56,326 bases of DNA from an uncultured virus (IMG/VR IMGVR_UViG_3300009785_000018) (taxonomy: Duplodnaviria; Heunggongvirae; Uroviricota; Caudoviricetes). The position numbers were made by a program, and so were the translations under genes. Below the pieces are notes generated by a model. It worked only from the letters and a program-made list of their open reading frames with translations, searched no databases and was not told where the DNA came from. This document shows positions 10,301 through 19,500 of the stretch, one piece after another (position 1 is the stretch's first letter; each line of letters starts with the position of its first letter). The stretch lies in the IMG/VR virus record IMGVR_UViG_3300009785_000018. One strand, given 5' to 3'.

Positions 10301-10880
10301 ACTGAGAAGGGGTCAAAAGAAATTTTGCTCCGCCTAACAGTTCATATCCCGTTACTTCTTGATAAGTGTCTATGGAAAAATCTACTGGAACATCTGAAGA
10401 AACTAGTTCTCCACTAAATACCGTAAAAGATAATGGTGGGTCAATATTATTTATAAAACCCGTTAAGGTTTCATCGGCTACTATTTTATCAGAACTTGTA
10501 GTAATTGAATACGATGGGGTTTGTCCAAAAAAAGTAAATCCAATATTTTCTGGTTGCTCGTTAATAGCAAATACTCCAGATATTTTTCCATTCGGTAAGG
10601 TTTCTCCTACAACTTTTGGAACCCCGTTTATGAAATATTCGTGTTGGTTATTCTTTAAATTTCCAGAAATAATAAAACTACTATTATTAGAATAACTATC
10701 TACAAAGCCCGTGTTTCTGTCAAAAATTTTACCACCAGCAAATTTATAGTCTATGTTATAGTCTCCAGTTAAACCAACATGAATATCTGAAGATCTGGTC
10801 TTGGTTATAACGTTAAAAACATAACTATAATCACCAGTTTGATCTGCAATGCTTCTAAAATTTTTGCCGCTTAATATCAT
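7380..10880 (-). CDS. tail-tip-type structural protein fused to a C-terminal BspA-type LRR domain
   Basis: TG/SG-rich beta-type N-terminal ~790 aa, then FTFQLNDRGDEY cap and ~12 LRR repeats; start overlaps the upstream stop. Confidence 0.75.
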   Translation of the reverse strand: MILSGKNFRSIADQTGDYSYVFNVITKTRSSDIHVGLTGDYNIDYKFAGGKIFDRNTGFVDSYSNNSSFIISGNLKNNQHEYFINGVPKVVGETLPNGKISGVFAINEQPENIGFTFFGQTPSYSITTSSDKIVADETLTGFINNIDPPLSFTVFSGELVSSDVPVDFSIDTYQEVTGYELLGGAKFLLTPSQSQNLSGVADLLFYTNFGQIEYAYSLTGGNLPSTIRSSSYLNIQPFVADFDGLSGSITVTSYYADFNGANIGVSLSHLSGQTGDIFRDKAFFRDFSHTEDAVVTGINTVSISKTGLVSGLDASGVIQTGVGTGILTGYAEPTGQIVNDYELLLTGLGSGIVDTDINLAGMSTTRFSGFVPFGSQVITGIVNNIIGTGTFNEEQLTGIIRTGYGASFFDPANFLPDGEVNLQPGAYTTEIVRKFISYTGEITGYYDITGSGIAGYITETGIVDQNFLSAVKRGVYTYEKIYDTTISGFEDLFMADTVGEVVFGELPEATGDDVGFTLTGDFIASKSGACFEDLPTIEVSGYNTNYPYNFHVANLLLSLSRVNPGFTGCIMTVQRASDGESKDIYFYNNYINIENVKQFAQSGEVFVTEWKDQSLNKNNYVPNITERPKLLTGAAVFNSGICFDRSLLKTINPLGFVDENAYSIEFSGGSVGYSGSSYYNPSIDIENLNRGWDISMQDELIYKSFGTNVTIPANPIDSHLFIDGIGLNQEIYVGNKISDIHIFPYRNLGDVDRPSYLFDEAIGEYRIDEFEFLGDDNCNIRDFFNIDRTIYALAPEFTFQLNDRGDEYTLIECLKSASGDKEIPSTHLDTSQSPDELPVVAIGNSAFLNCANITNIIIPDSVVTIGSWAFFGCSGLTSITIHDFVNFIDIGAFNRCTSLSSISFGDRVRVIAGMLLGNCTSLTSVTIPDGVTHIGQQSFDGCSSLPSITIPNSVRFIYSLAFRGCTSLSSITIPNSVELIAAQAFANCRSLTSIFIPYSVQTLGTELFFDCSSLTSAVLPVNLASIPRGTFGHCDSLNSFTIPNSVKVIEEGAFGHTAFNTIAIPNGVREIGRGAFTTMPNLTTITFPASVNSIGPYTFKDCNNLATVNFLSKNAPTLNPIDTSIAEPNATNFERISATTINVPANAIGYGTNYDGLSVSYSLPNA
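7560..8370 (-). repeat. imperfect 69-bp coding repeats (LRR block)
   Basis: Same unit, more diverged. Confidence 0.8.
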
Positions 10881-13800
10881 TAATTTATAAGTCCTTGTGT
10901 AGCCTGAGTATAATTCGAGTGCCTGCTAGTTCTTCTTTGTAATGAATCTATCAATCTTCTTGTAACATCTATAGAAACTGGCTGCATAATTCTATTTCCA
11001 AAAACGTAATTTGAAGTGACTCCATCTGAAGATATATTAATATTAAAAGACTCCAGACCTTTAGTTATCATCTCTGACCCTATTTGGTCAGAGATACCAG
11101 CAATAGATATTTTTATACTTCTACGAGGTTGTTCAATATTATGTGTCAAATTGAGATTAAACTCTTCATGCAATTTTTCTAATAATTCGTCGCTAGGAGT
11201 ACATTGTTGGGTACTTAAATCTTTTCTATAAAATAAATTTAGATCGTCTACTGGAGTTTGATACAAGTTTATATTAAATTTGGCGAAGCTCGTTTCAAAT
11301 TGTTCTATATTCTCTTGAATCATGTGTTCTACTTTAGGAATAAAAACTTCAACTTGTTTTTGATATTCTAAAATAGCTCTGTAACTTCTAGGGTCGAAAG
11401 TGTCCAATGAAGGTATCATGATTCGTTTGCCCGATGGAGTGTCAAATCCGTGAGGTGGAGCATAAATTTTAAATCCATTTACTTCCACTCTTGTACATAC
11501 AGATGATTGTAAACCCAACTTTTCAATGCACTCTCCCTTTATACATTGGTATTCAGAAAAGGTTTCTCCATCTAGAACATCAAAAGATCCACAGGTTACA
11601 TCATCTGAGCAAAAATTGGAATCTACACATTCCCCCTGTTTACATGTATCTCCGTCAATCTCTCTTTTGGTGGCTCTCCAAGCAGTAGAGTTTTCTTTCA
11701 ACTCACTCAGTTTAATCTCTAATTTCGCAAGTCTCTCTGGGTTTTTCTCTCCTGAGAAACAATCTGTATCATCTTCACAGTCTCCATAACAGCCAGAAGA
11801 TACGTCTCTGCCTCTACTCTCCGTAGAGTTTACTTTTATTGAAGGATGTAATTGATCTCTCTCTATATCGAATCCGCTGCTAAAATCATCTGGATATACA
11901 ACAAATAGCTTGACGTTATCATCACTAATATGTTCTGGAGCATAATTTTTTATTAAGTTGGCAAACGTCGCTTTATCTGTTACTTTTATCTCTTTCATCC
12001 TCTTCCTTTCGTAAATATCAAGGAGTGTCTTTATTTCATTTGTAGCGCCTTCCTGCGGGTACCAGTTGTTTGAAGCTTGTTGTATTACTACTCCTTGATC
12101 AAAAACATTTTCATCATCTTGGACAATTCGAATCTCTTTGTTCTGCACTTTTTCTTGCAATCTTCCAACAACCGAGCCCTGACTGTGACCAAAATCAAAT
12201 AGAGGGCTTTCTAAAAACTTTTTAGTACTTGGGTCATCAAAATCATAGTATGTTCCACCCCCTTTTATCGTAATATTCTTTCTGCTATAATCTTTTCGTT
12301 TATATTTGTCATATCCACAAAAACTTAATTTATCAGTGGCGTCTATTTCTTTCGCAAAATATTTTCCAATGAATTCAGATCCTAATCTTTTTTCATTTTC
12401 TATGACCTTGTCCAAGAGCGCATCTTTTCTAGAAGCCAACATAAAATATCCTCTAGAAAAGCTTTCAACAGCAATTGTACTGCCCCCGTCTCCTTCTTGT
12501 GTCACAGAAATATCCTCACCTCCAAAAAGTGGAACCTTAGCGAAAAAGTCTTCTTCTTCTGGAGTAGGGTTCCATAATTCCTTAATTTTACGGATTGCCT
12601 TTGCATCATGGTCAAGAATCTCACCCGGCCCTTGACCAAAACGAGTTCCCTTGTTATAATATGTCACCGCTGGTGTGTCATCCGCATCCCTAGGAAAAAA
12701 GAAAGCCAAGGCCTTTAGTGATCCAAGCTGCGGAATCCCTCTTTGTTGCGCTATCTCAACCAAAGTGTCTGGTTTCAATCCGTCTATTCCTTCTGATCTT
12801 GTAAGTCTAAAATCTCCGCCTAATCCTTCTTCGCCTTCTATATCATCGCGAAGTTGGAATGTTAGATCTTCTCCCTCTGCACTTGGCGAGCTTGTGGTTT
12901 CCGCAGGACCTATGTACTGGAGTTGAACAATAGCTTCACGATTCCTATCTGCCCCATACATTTTTCCCCACCAAAAATGTTCTCTTAAAGCTGTGCTATA
13001 TTTTGCAAGGGCAATAGATATTTCTAAGTCCTCAAAAGATACTAAATCGCTTCCGTCTTCTGGCTCTTTTCCCATAATGGCTTCATCGTTTGTATCGTTG
13101 TATAAGTCTGATAAAGTGATAGGCTTTAAGTCCAATTTAACACTAGTATTACAGTTATAGACTTTCCTTTCTCCGCCTTGCTTATAAAGAGATACGCTAC
13201 CAGAATTTTTAGTATTTTCGATGCTTTGTGTTTCTTCGAAAGTTATGATGTTTTCATTTTCTAGCTCTTCTTTGCCAATAATATCGGCCTCAACTTTGGT
13301 GTCAATAAATTTAAGAACAGGTTCCCCTTCAGCATTATGCTCGAAATAAAAGTTGAAAGAAAAGTCTGCTCCCCATCTTTTTAGAACTTCCCTCAAGGTT
13401 CCTTCATACTGTGCATAATACTTATCATTAGTTTCTGGTATACTTTCATCCACTACTATCTCTATATTAGCTTCCTCAAAAAACGCTTTAATTGCTTCGA
13501 TTAATGAAGCAAAATTATATCTAACATCAAAAATCTCAGTACACTCCAAATCTAAACATCTTTGACGATCTAAGCTACCATCATATTTATCTTCTGGACA
13601 ATTTGGACATGGATCACACCCATCTACTTTAAATATATCTTCGTCAAGATTTAAATATCCGTCTCGATTAGTGTCACAGGGATGAAACTCTCTCCCCATT
13701 AAAATTAAAGGTGTAATCTCTTCATCTTCGGTACGTTGAATGTGAAAGGCTGGTCTTTCTTGATCGGAAGCGTCTAGACCATCTAGTGAAGCTAATATAT

Positions 13801-14209
13801 CTTTTTTATTATAGCTCTTCTTTCTTGCTTCTGTCCCACTCTCATCAACGGGGAATCTTGGTATAATTCCGTGCTTCTTGTGTAGTCCAATATAAATTTT
13901 ATCAAGGCTCATACTAGCGTCAAAAAAGGTTAGCTCCAGTACTTTCCCCGATTTGTTTACGCTTGTTCGCGTCTTAATTAGAGAGTATTGTCCTAAATTT
14001 TTATCCCCTACTTCTATTTCATAAGCCTCTTGAACAGATCTGGCATTTAGTGTTGGAGTTTCATAATCGCCTGTTTCATTAACAATATTTATAGTAATGG
14101 TAGATGGCGAATTTGAAAAATTATTTGTAAAGGAAGCATTATATATTTTGCCTCCAAATATTTCAGGATTACCGTCAATTTTTATTGCTTCTGTTTCTAT
14201 TTCTTTCAT
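10880..14209 (-). CDS. putative tail-tip/baseplate hub-like protein with Cys-rich insertions
   Basis: 1109 aa, acidic, downstream of the tape measure; hub-like EGTLREVLKRWGADFSFNFYF segment; CDPCPNC and CxxDxxC/CxxGEC clusters. Confidence 0.5.
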   Translation of the reverse strand: MKEIETEAIKIDGNPEIFGGKIYNASFTNNFSNSPSTITINIVNETGDYETPTLNARSVQEAYEIEVGDKNLGQYSLIKTRTSVNKSGKVLELTFFDASMSLDKIYIGLHKKHGIIPRFPVDESGTEARKKSYNKKDILASLDGLDASDQERPAFHIQRTEDEEITPLILMGREFHPCDTNRDGYLNLDEDIFKVDGCDPCPNCPEDKYDGSLDRQRCLDLECTEIFDVRYNFASLIEAIKAFFEEANIEIVVDESIPETNDKYYAQYEGTLREVLKRWGADFSFNFYFEHNAEGEPVLKFIDTKVEADIIGKEELENENIITFEETQSIENTKNSGSVSLYKQGGERKVYNCNTSVKLDLKPITLSDLYNDTNDEAIMGKEPEDGSDLVSFEDLEISIALAKYSTALREHFWWGKMYGADRNREAIVQLQYIGPAETTSSPSAEGEDLTFQLRDDIEGEEGLGGDFRLTRSEGIDGLKPDTLVEIAQQRGIPQLGSLKALAFFFPRDADDTPAVTYYNKGTRFGQGPGEILDHDAKAIRKIKELWNPTPEEEDFFAKVPLFGGEDISVTQEGDGGSTIAVESFSRGYFMLASRKDALLDKVIENEKRLGSEFIGKYFAKEIDATDKLSFCGYDKYKRKDYSRKNITIKGGGTYYDFDDPSTKKFLESPLFDFGHSQGSVVGRLQEKVQNKEIRIVQDDENVFDQGVVIQQASNNWYPQEGATNEIKTLLDIYERKRMKEIKVTDKATFANLIKNYAPEHISDDNVKLFVVYPDDFSSGFDIERDQLHPSIKVNSTESRGRDVSSGCYGDCEDDTDCFSGEKNPERLAKLEIKLSELKENSTAWRATKREIDGDTCKQGECVDSNFCSDDVTCGSFDVLDGETFSEYQCIKGECIEKLGLQSSVCTRVEVNGFKIYAPPHGFDTPSGKRIMIPSLDTFDPRSYRAILEYQKQVEVFIPKVEHMIQENIEQFETSFAKFNINLYQTPVDDLNLFYRKDLSTQQCTPSDELLEKLHEEFNLNLTHNIEQPRRSIKISIAGISDQIGSEMITKGLESFNINISSDGVTSNYVFGNRIMQPVSIDVTRRLIDSLQRRTSRHSNYTQATQGLIN

Positions 14210-14250
14210 CTTTTATATTATCTTATAAATTGTTTTTTTTTCAATCAAAC

Positions 14251-16299
14251 CTATGCTCGCTCTAAATTTTCCCTGTTTTCGGTCAAAAGATTATTTCTAT
14301 TTTGTAGCAGTATAGTATTACCCAAAATAGATTCTTGAAAAAACTTGTTTATACTGCCGAAGGAGTCTCCCCTTATTTCAAATATCCCAGATTTTAACCT
14401 TTTGTTATTGGCTGTTTCTAAATATTCCAAATTATGCAACATCTTTTTACCATTTGAGAATACCATTGAGCTTTTTTCAAAAAATTTATTAAAACTTAAA
14501 TAATTATGATCTCCACTATTAATTTCAAAATCATCATTAAACTCCATAGCTTTGAATTGTCCGACTGGTAGAGTATGAACCGATCCAGAACCGGTCAAGA
14601 TTGTATATAAAGTGTTGTTTTCTCCAGTAAATAGCATAGAAGTCTCACCTGACAGGGTATACGTGTTACTAACATCTCTAATTTTTAACCCAGATAGATT
14701 TCCATAAGTAAAGGCTTCGGAAGAGTTTAGGCCGCTTCCAGTGATTTTATTATCTATTACATCATAATTCTCTCCCGATATCTGCAAGTAACCGTTATAA
14801 AATGAGAAAAAACCGCTATTTAAATCATTTTGTGGAATCTTGAAAGATCTTTTAGTATTATTGTATGTTACAATATTATTTAGGTTTAAATCCCCCGAAG
14901 AAACCAAAGATTGATTTGAAAAAGAGGGGGCCATATTTTTTTTAATAAAAATAGAGTCAAATCCATACTGATCAGTGTAGCCTTCATCAGCATAAAATCC
15001 GCACGATTGATCAACAAGATCATTCGCAACGACTTCCTTAGTGGTTCCGCTCTCAACCGTAGTAGATTCAATACCGCTTATGAAACCAGTTAGAGGTATA
15101 AAGTTAAAACCACTTATAATTCCAGTGCCACTTTCAAATGAGAATATAGGCTCAACATTTCCACATTCGTTCAAGCAATTGTATTCAAATATAAGATCTG
15201 TAAACTGTCCAGTGCTTAAAGTTATTTGAGTCTCAAAACCAGTAACAAGCTGTCTCTGTAAAAGAATAGAGATATCTTCTTCTTCATTTCGAATATTTGA
15301 CTCTGTAAAATTACCGCTATACTCAATAAAAAAGTTTCCTTTTTTTACTCCTATTTTATTTCCATTTCCATAAAGTGTCTCTCTATTTCCACAAAGATCA
15401 GAAATGTATCCAGTTTTTACAATACTACTATCAAACGGAATGTTCTCTTTTAAAACTGAAAATTGTCCAGAGATATCAGTATATTCTTTAAAAAGGTATT
15501 TAACACCACTGTTAATATATCCAGTTTGATATACCTGCGTTCCAGTTAAACTGACTAAGCCCAAAGAATCCTCGCTTACAGCGAAAAATCCAGAAAATAT
15601 CTTATTTAATTTTGTAGAATTTATTTTTTTATTGAAATAAACAAAGTTGTCTATTGTTCCGCTAAAACTTGACTCCAATATTTGTTCGTTCGGAGTTCCG
15701 CCAATGAACCATTTTTCACCATGAGAAATCCCTCCTATTGAGAAGCTCTCTAAGTCAAACTGTTTTCTATCAAAATTATATCTTCCTATATTAAAGTTTG
15801 TTCCGTTTTTATTTACAACCAATCCATTGTAGCTGGCATAATTCAATTTTGAAACAAAAATTCCAGAAGGTGACTCAAGATATAAGTTATGAGTATCATT
15901 AAATCCTATGTTAAAGCCTTTCTTGCCAGACAGACTGCTAAAGATAATACCATTATTGGTCCCAGACTTGTTAGCGGTAATCATAACTGTCCAGTTTGAA
16001 GCGCCAGATAAATTATTTGAATTATCAATTTCTAAAAAACTTGAGCTTCCGTTAGAAAATTTATTAAAATTTCCACTGCCCTTTTCGTCATAAAATCCAT
16101 CATAATTTTCGCCAATAGCATTATAGGGTGTTATTCCTGAATTTTTATTGTAAACTATGGGTCTATAAGTATCGCCTGCCGCAAAGAAGCCGTTTGATGG
16201 TAATTCTTCAAGGTTTCCAGTTTCAAAATCATAATATATGTCGATGTCCGACAAATTATTACCCTTGCTCCCATAAAAATCCAAAAAATCCTTTACCAT
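14251..16299 (-). CDS. virion protein with N-terminal LamG/concanavalin A-like domain
   Basis: IYYDFE...NWTVMI...WFIGG...FSGTIDNFVYFNKKINSTKLNKI matches the LamG-3 pattern; preceded by the late-type promoter motif. Confidence 0.65.
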   Translation of the reverse strand: MVKDFLDFYGSKGNNLSDIDIYYDFETGNLEELPSNGFFAAGDTYRPIVYNKNSGITPYNAIGENYDGFYDEKGSGNFNKFSNGSSSFLEIDNSNNLSGASNWTVMITANKSGTNNGIIFSSLSGKKGFNIGFNDTHNLYLESPSGIFVSKLNYASYNGLVVNKNGTNFNIGRYNFDRKQFDLESFSIGGISHGEKWFIGGTPNEQILESSFSGTIDNFVYFNKKINSTKLNKIFSGFFAVSEDSLGLVSLTGTQVYQTGYINSGVKYLFKEYTDISGQFSVLKENIPFDSSIVKTGYISDLCGNRETLYGNGNKIGVKKGNFFIEYSGNFTESNIRNEEEDISILLQRQLVTGFETQITLSTGQFTDLIFEYNCLNECGNVEPIFSFESGTGIISGFNFIPLTGFISGIESTTVESGTTKEVVANDLVDQSCGFYADEGYTDQYGFDSIFIKKNMAPSFSNQSLVSSGDLNLNNIVTYNNTKRSFKIPQNDLNSGFFSFYNGYLQISGENYDVIDNKITGSGLNSSEAFTYGNLSGLKIRDVSNTYTLSGETSMLFTGENNTLYTILTGSGSVHTLPVGQFKAMEFNDDFEINSGDHNYLSFNKFFEKSSMVFSNGKKMLHNLEYLETANNKRLKSGIFEIRGDSFGSINKFFQESILGNTILLQNRNNLLTENRENLERA

Positions 16300-16307
16300 G
16301 ACACATT

Positions 16308-16335
16308 ATTACACATTTTATCTGCGTGTAAGAAA
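16308..16335 (-). promoter_or_regulatory. putative phage late promoter
   Basis: TTTCTT-N16-TGTAAT, 8 nt before ATG 16299. Confidence 0.7.
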
Positions 16336-16363
16336 TTTCTCTTTTTGTAGGAAAAACTGTAAT
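16336..16363 (+). promoter_or_regulatory. putative phage late promoter
   Basis: TTTCTC-N16-TGTAAT, 8 nt before ATG 16372. Confidence 0.75.
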
Positions 16364-16371
16364 ATCCCCTT

Positions 16372-16593
16372 ATGAGAAGGATTATTAGGGATAAAGGAAT
16401 AGAAAAAAATGTTAATGATGTTAATGATGTTGTAAATATTTTTTTTGGACTTAAAAAGGGAAAATTGCCAGAAAAGTTTAAGGATCTTCATGAGCAATAT
16501 CTTAAAGAATTAGAATATAGAGGTGGTTGTTCTGGTTGCAGAAAAAACGCAATTCAGAAGAAGTATAGAAACAACATATTACAAAATAGTTAA
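16372..16593 (+). CDS. small basic protein with CxxC motif
   Basis: GGCSGCRKNAIQKKY; directly behind the promoter motif and abutting the next gene. Confidence 0.65.
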   Translation: MRRIIRDKGIEKNVNDVNDVVNIFFGLKKGKLPEKFKDLHEQYLKELEYRGGCSGCRKNAIQKKYRNNILQNS

Positions 16594-19500
16594 ATGGGAC
16601 AGTATTATACATCAACTGGAAGATATGATCTATCTACTGGAGATATTTTGGATGTAGAAACTAATCTATCCTTAGACGCTTTCGAATTACCAGATTTTTT
16701 CCAAAAGGGCAATAGAGTTTCTAGTAATCTCTTGTACGACCCAGATCTTGATGTTGGCAGTTATTATATTGAGCCGTTTAATAAATTTTATCCTGAGACT
16801 GCGAGTACTGGAAGTTTAGAATATAGAAAAGCGGAAATCGGCATTAACAGTATATGGAAGACCGATTTTGAAAAAAGTAAAAGAATTCACGACTATTATA
16901 CTTGGACTGGTATTCACTTCTCTGGAGAAATTGATGGTCACGCTGTTGTTGAGGTCGCTGGTCTTGTATATTCTGGATATTCAGAAGGGACATTGGCTGG
17001 AAAATATTATCCTGAAACTGGAGAGACTCCGACATTTTCATCTAAGGGCAAAAGCACAGTAATTGTGAGCCGCACAGACGGTGCAAGTTCTTCTAATTTT
17101 GCAAAGACCTTTTTTAGTGGCTTAAGAGGTGAGGTTCAAGTAGTTCCTCTAGGTAATTCTTGGCAAAACAATCCGTTTGTAAATTCTGAAACAGAAACTG
17201 GAAAAGCATATTTAAAGGAAGCTTTATCAACTGCGATTGTTAATGGCAATACCACGGCCCCTAAATTTTACAAATGGATATCAACTATCCTTGATAGAAT
17301 AGACAGTTCTAGAGATAGTAAGATTTTTATATTGAGAGATTTTGACACTAGCACTGTTAATTATACGGTAGGCGACAAAGTTGTTTCGGAGCAAGACCTA
17401 ATAGACCGCATTAAAGGTTTACAGATTCCCGTATACGATTATTATAATACATCCACAAACACTGATGAATCTTCAAACCCTTTATCAGGTATTACTACAT
17501 TTTCTTCTGGTTATTCACCTACAGATAATGCCTATGTAGATCGACCTAATCGAATACCCGACTGGATTAGTGATCAACAGATCGATATGGTTGATGAACC
17601 TTCTAACTCCAAATGGCTATCTCCAGAAAATGTTTTTCAGTTTGATACAAGTTTATATAGTTTTGTTGGAAGTGGAATGACTTCAGGACTAAAAACTGGA
17701 GAAATTACTGGCGGGGGTATAATTAACGCTACTACTGAACCATTACTATTAAAAACCAACACTTATGGCAATTATTACGAGGATAAATTTAGAGGGCATC
17801 TAGATATCTCAGCAAGTGGCCGCATTTCATTTGAAGATATATTTCAGCAATACTTTCTTGGTGATTATAATAGGCCTGCTGGTAGTTATGGACTTAAGGT
17901 TTCTGGAACAAATCACAGCAATTCATTAGTAACTGGAGATATGTTATATATTCCATATTCTGGAGAGGATTACATAGAGGGAAAACAAACACAAAGAGCT
18001 GTTAATTTTAATGATTTTTGTGTTTTTGCCCCAGTTAACTTGGACGGATTTGAGACCTCCTTCCTTTCTTCAGTTACTGTAACTGGATCCCCGATAATTT
18101 CTGGAGAAGTTTACTTGGCTTCTGGATTGCTTGATATTGACTCTACCTTAAATACTGGGATAACTGGAGAATTTGATTTCTTTGATATAAATTTTTTAAC
18201 TGGAGACCCTAAATATTTTGTTGAGACAGAAGGATCTACAGGCATGTTATCTGGAGAACTTTTTCATACTTATCTATTATCAGATACTGGACAGGTAGAT
18301 TTCGAAACTACACTTACATCTGCGAAAATATTGCCTGTAGATATGCCAGAAGGTATTTTTACTACGAGTATAGATCCATTCTTTAGTAATAGTATCTCTG
18401 GAGATCAAGTAGTATCTGGGATTAAGGAAGAGAGGGTCGAGGATTTATTACCAGACAGTACGAATATATTAAAAACTTCAATAAGAGATAAAGGTACGGG
18501 TCGTGCGTTTATAAGCGGAATTTTTCAGGGAGATATGACTTATACTGGGATTTATTACAAAGATGATGATGCTTTAACTGGATACATAAATCCAGCGCAT
18601 GATTACCATTATAAAATTTCAGATTTAAGTGACTTTAACTTAACTAATTTAACGGGCGATGGTAAGGTTAGAGTTGTAGATAATAATGGGGGCAATGTAC
18701 AAATTTCTTCAGACGTGGACATCATATTTTTATTTGATCGGTCTGGCTCTATGGGTGACAACATAAGAAGTTGTTCTGCTGCTATATCTGCATCTCAACT
18801 TTTTGATTTTCGCATAATCAATGCAAGTGTCTATTCATATGACTATTATAGCTCATTGCCCTATTACATTCCCGGTGTACGCTTAGCGTATTCAGATAGT
18901 GATATGGTGGAAACTGAAGGCTCTTATGAAAGATTTCAGGGCGTGTTGAATGATATCACTAATTACATTCAAATTGGCGGTGGTTTTGAGAAACTGTCGG
19001 AAGCAATTTTAGAGTTAGATGCTGCTGGTAGATTTGATGGTTATAACGATAGGAACGTGATTTTGTGTGCATTTACAGACGAAATCGATGCTTCCACTAC
19101 GTCCCAAAAATCGCAGGCTTTACAGGTCTTGGGAACCAAGGAGATTCAAACTATTTTTTTTACTACGACTTTTGATCAGTATGGATATGCTCATCCCCTA
19201 GAGCCTATTTATACCGCCTATTTAGATCAGTTACCAGCCGAATGTAATGCTCAATGGATAAATATGTCTAACGTTAGCGCTGCGAATTTCAGTAATCTTA
19301 TTAATGAGGTAGCTACTAGGGGTTTCGCTAATCTTGATATAATTTCAATATTATCTATTGATAACCAAGAGTTAAATGATTATTTGCCTGATTTATTTTT
19401 TGCAGATGCTACTTTGTCGAGACAAGAATATTATGCTCCAGGAGCTATATTTGTTACATCATTAGAATTGACAGGAGACACTATGATAGACAGTGGTGGT

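Noticed and set aside
14222..14249. Possible promoter TTTGAT-N16-TATAAG upstream of ORF 14209
   Set aside because: Several mismatches to the motif in very AT-rich sequence; not distinguishable from chance.
16411..16431. Short tandem GTTAATGAT repeat
   Set aside because: About two in-frame copies (VNDVNDV); too short to support any function.
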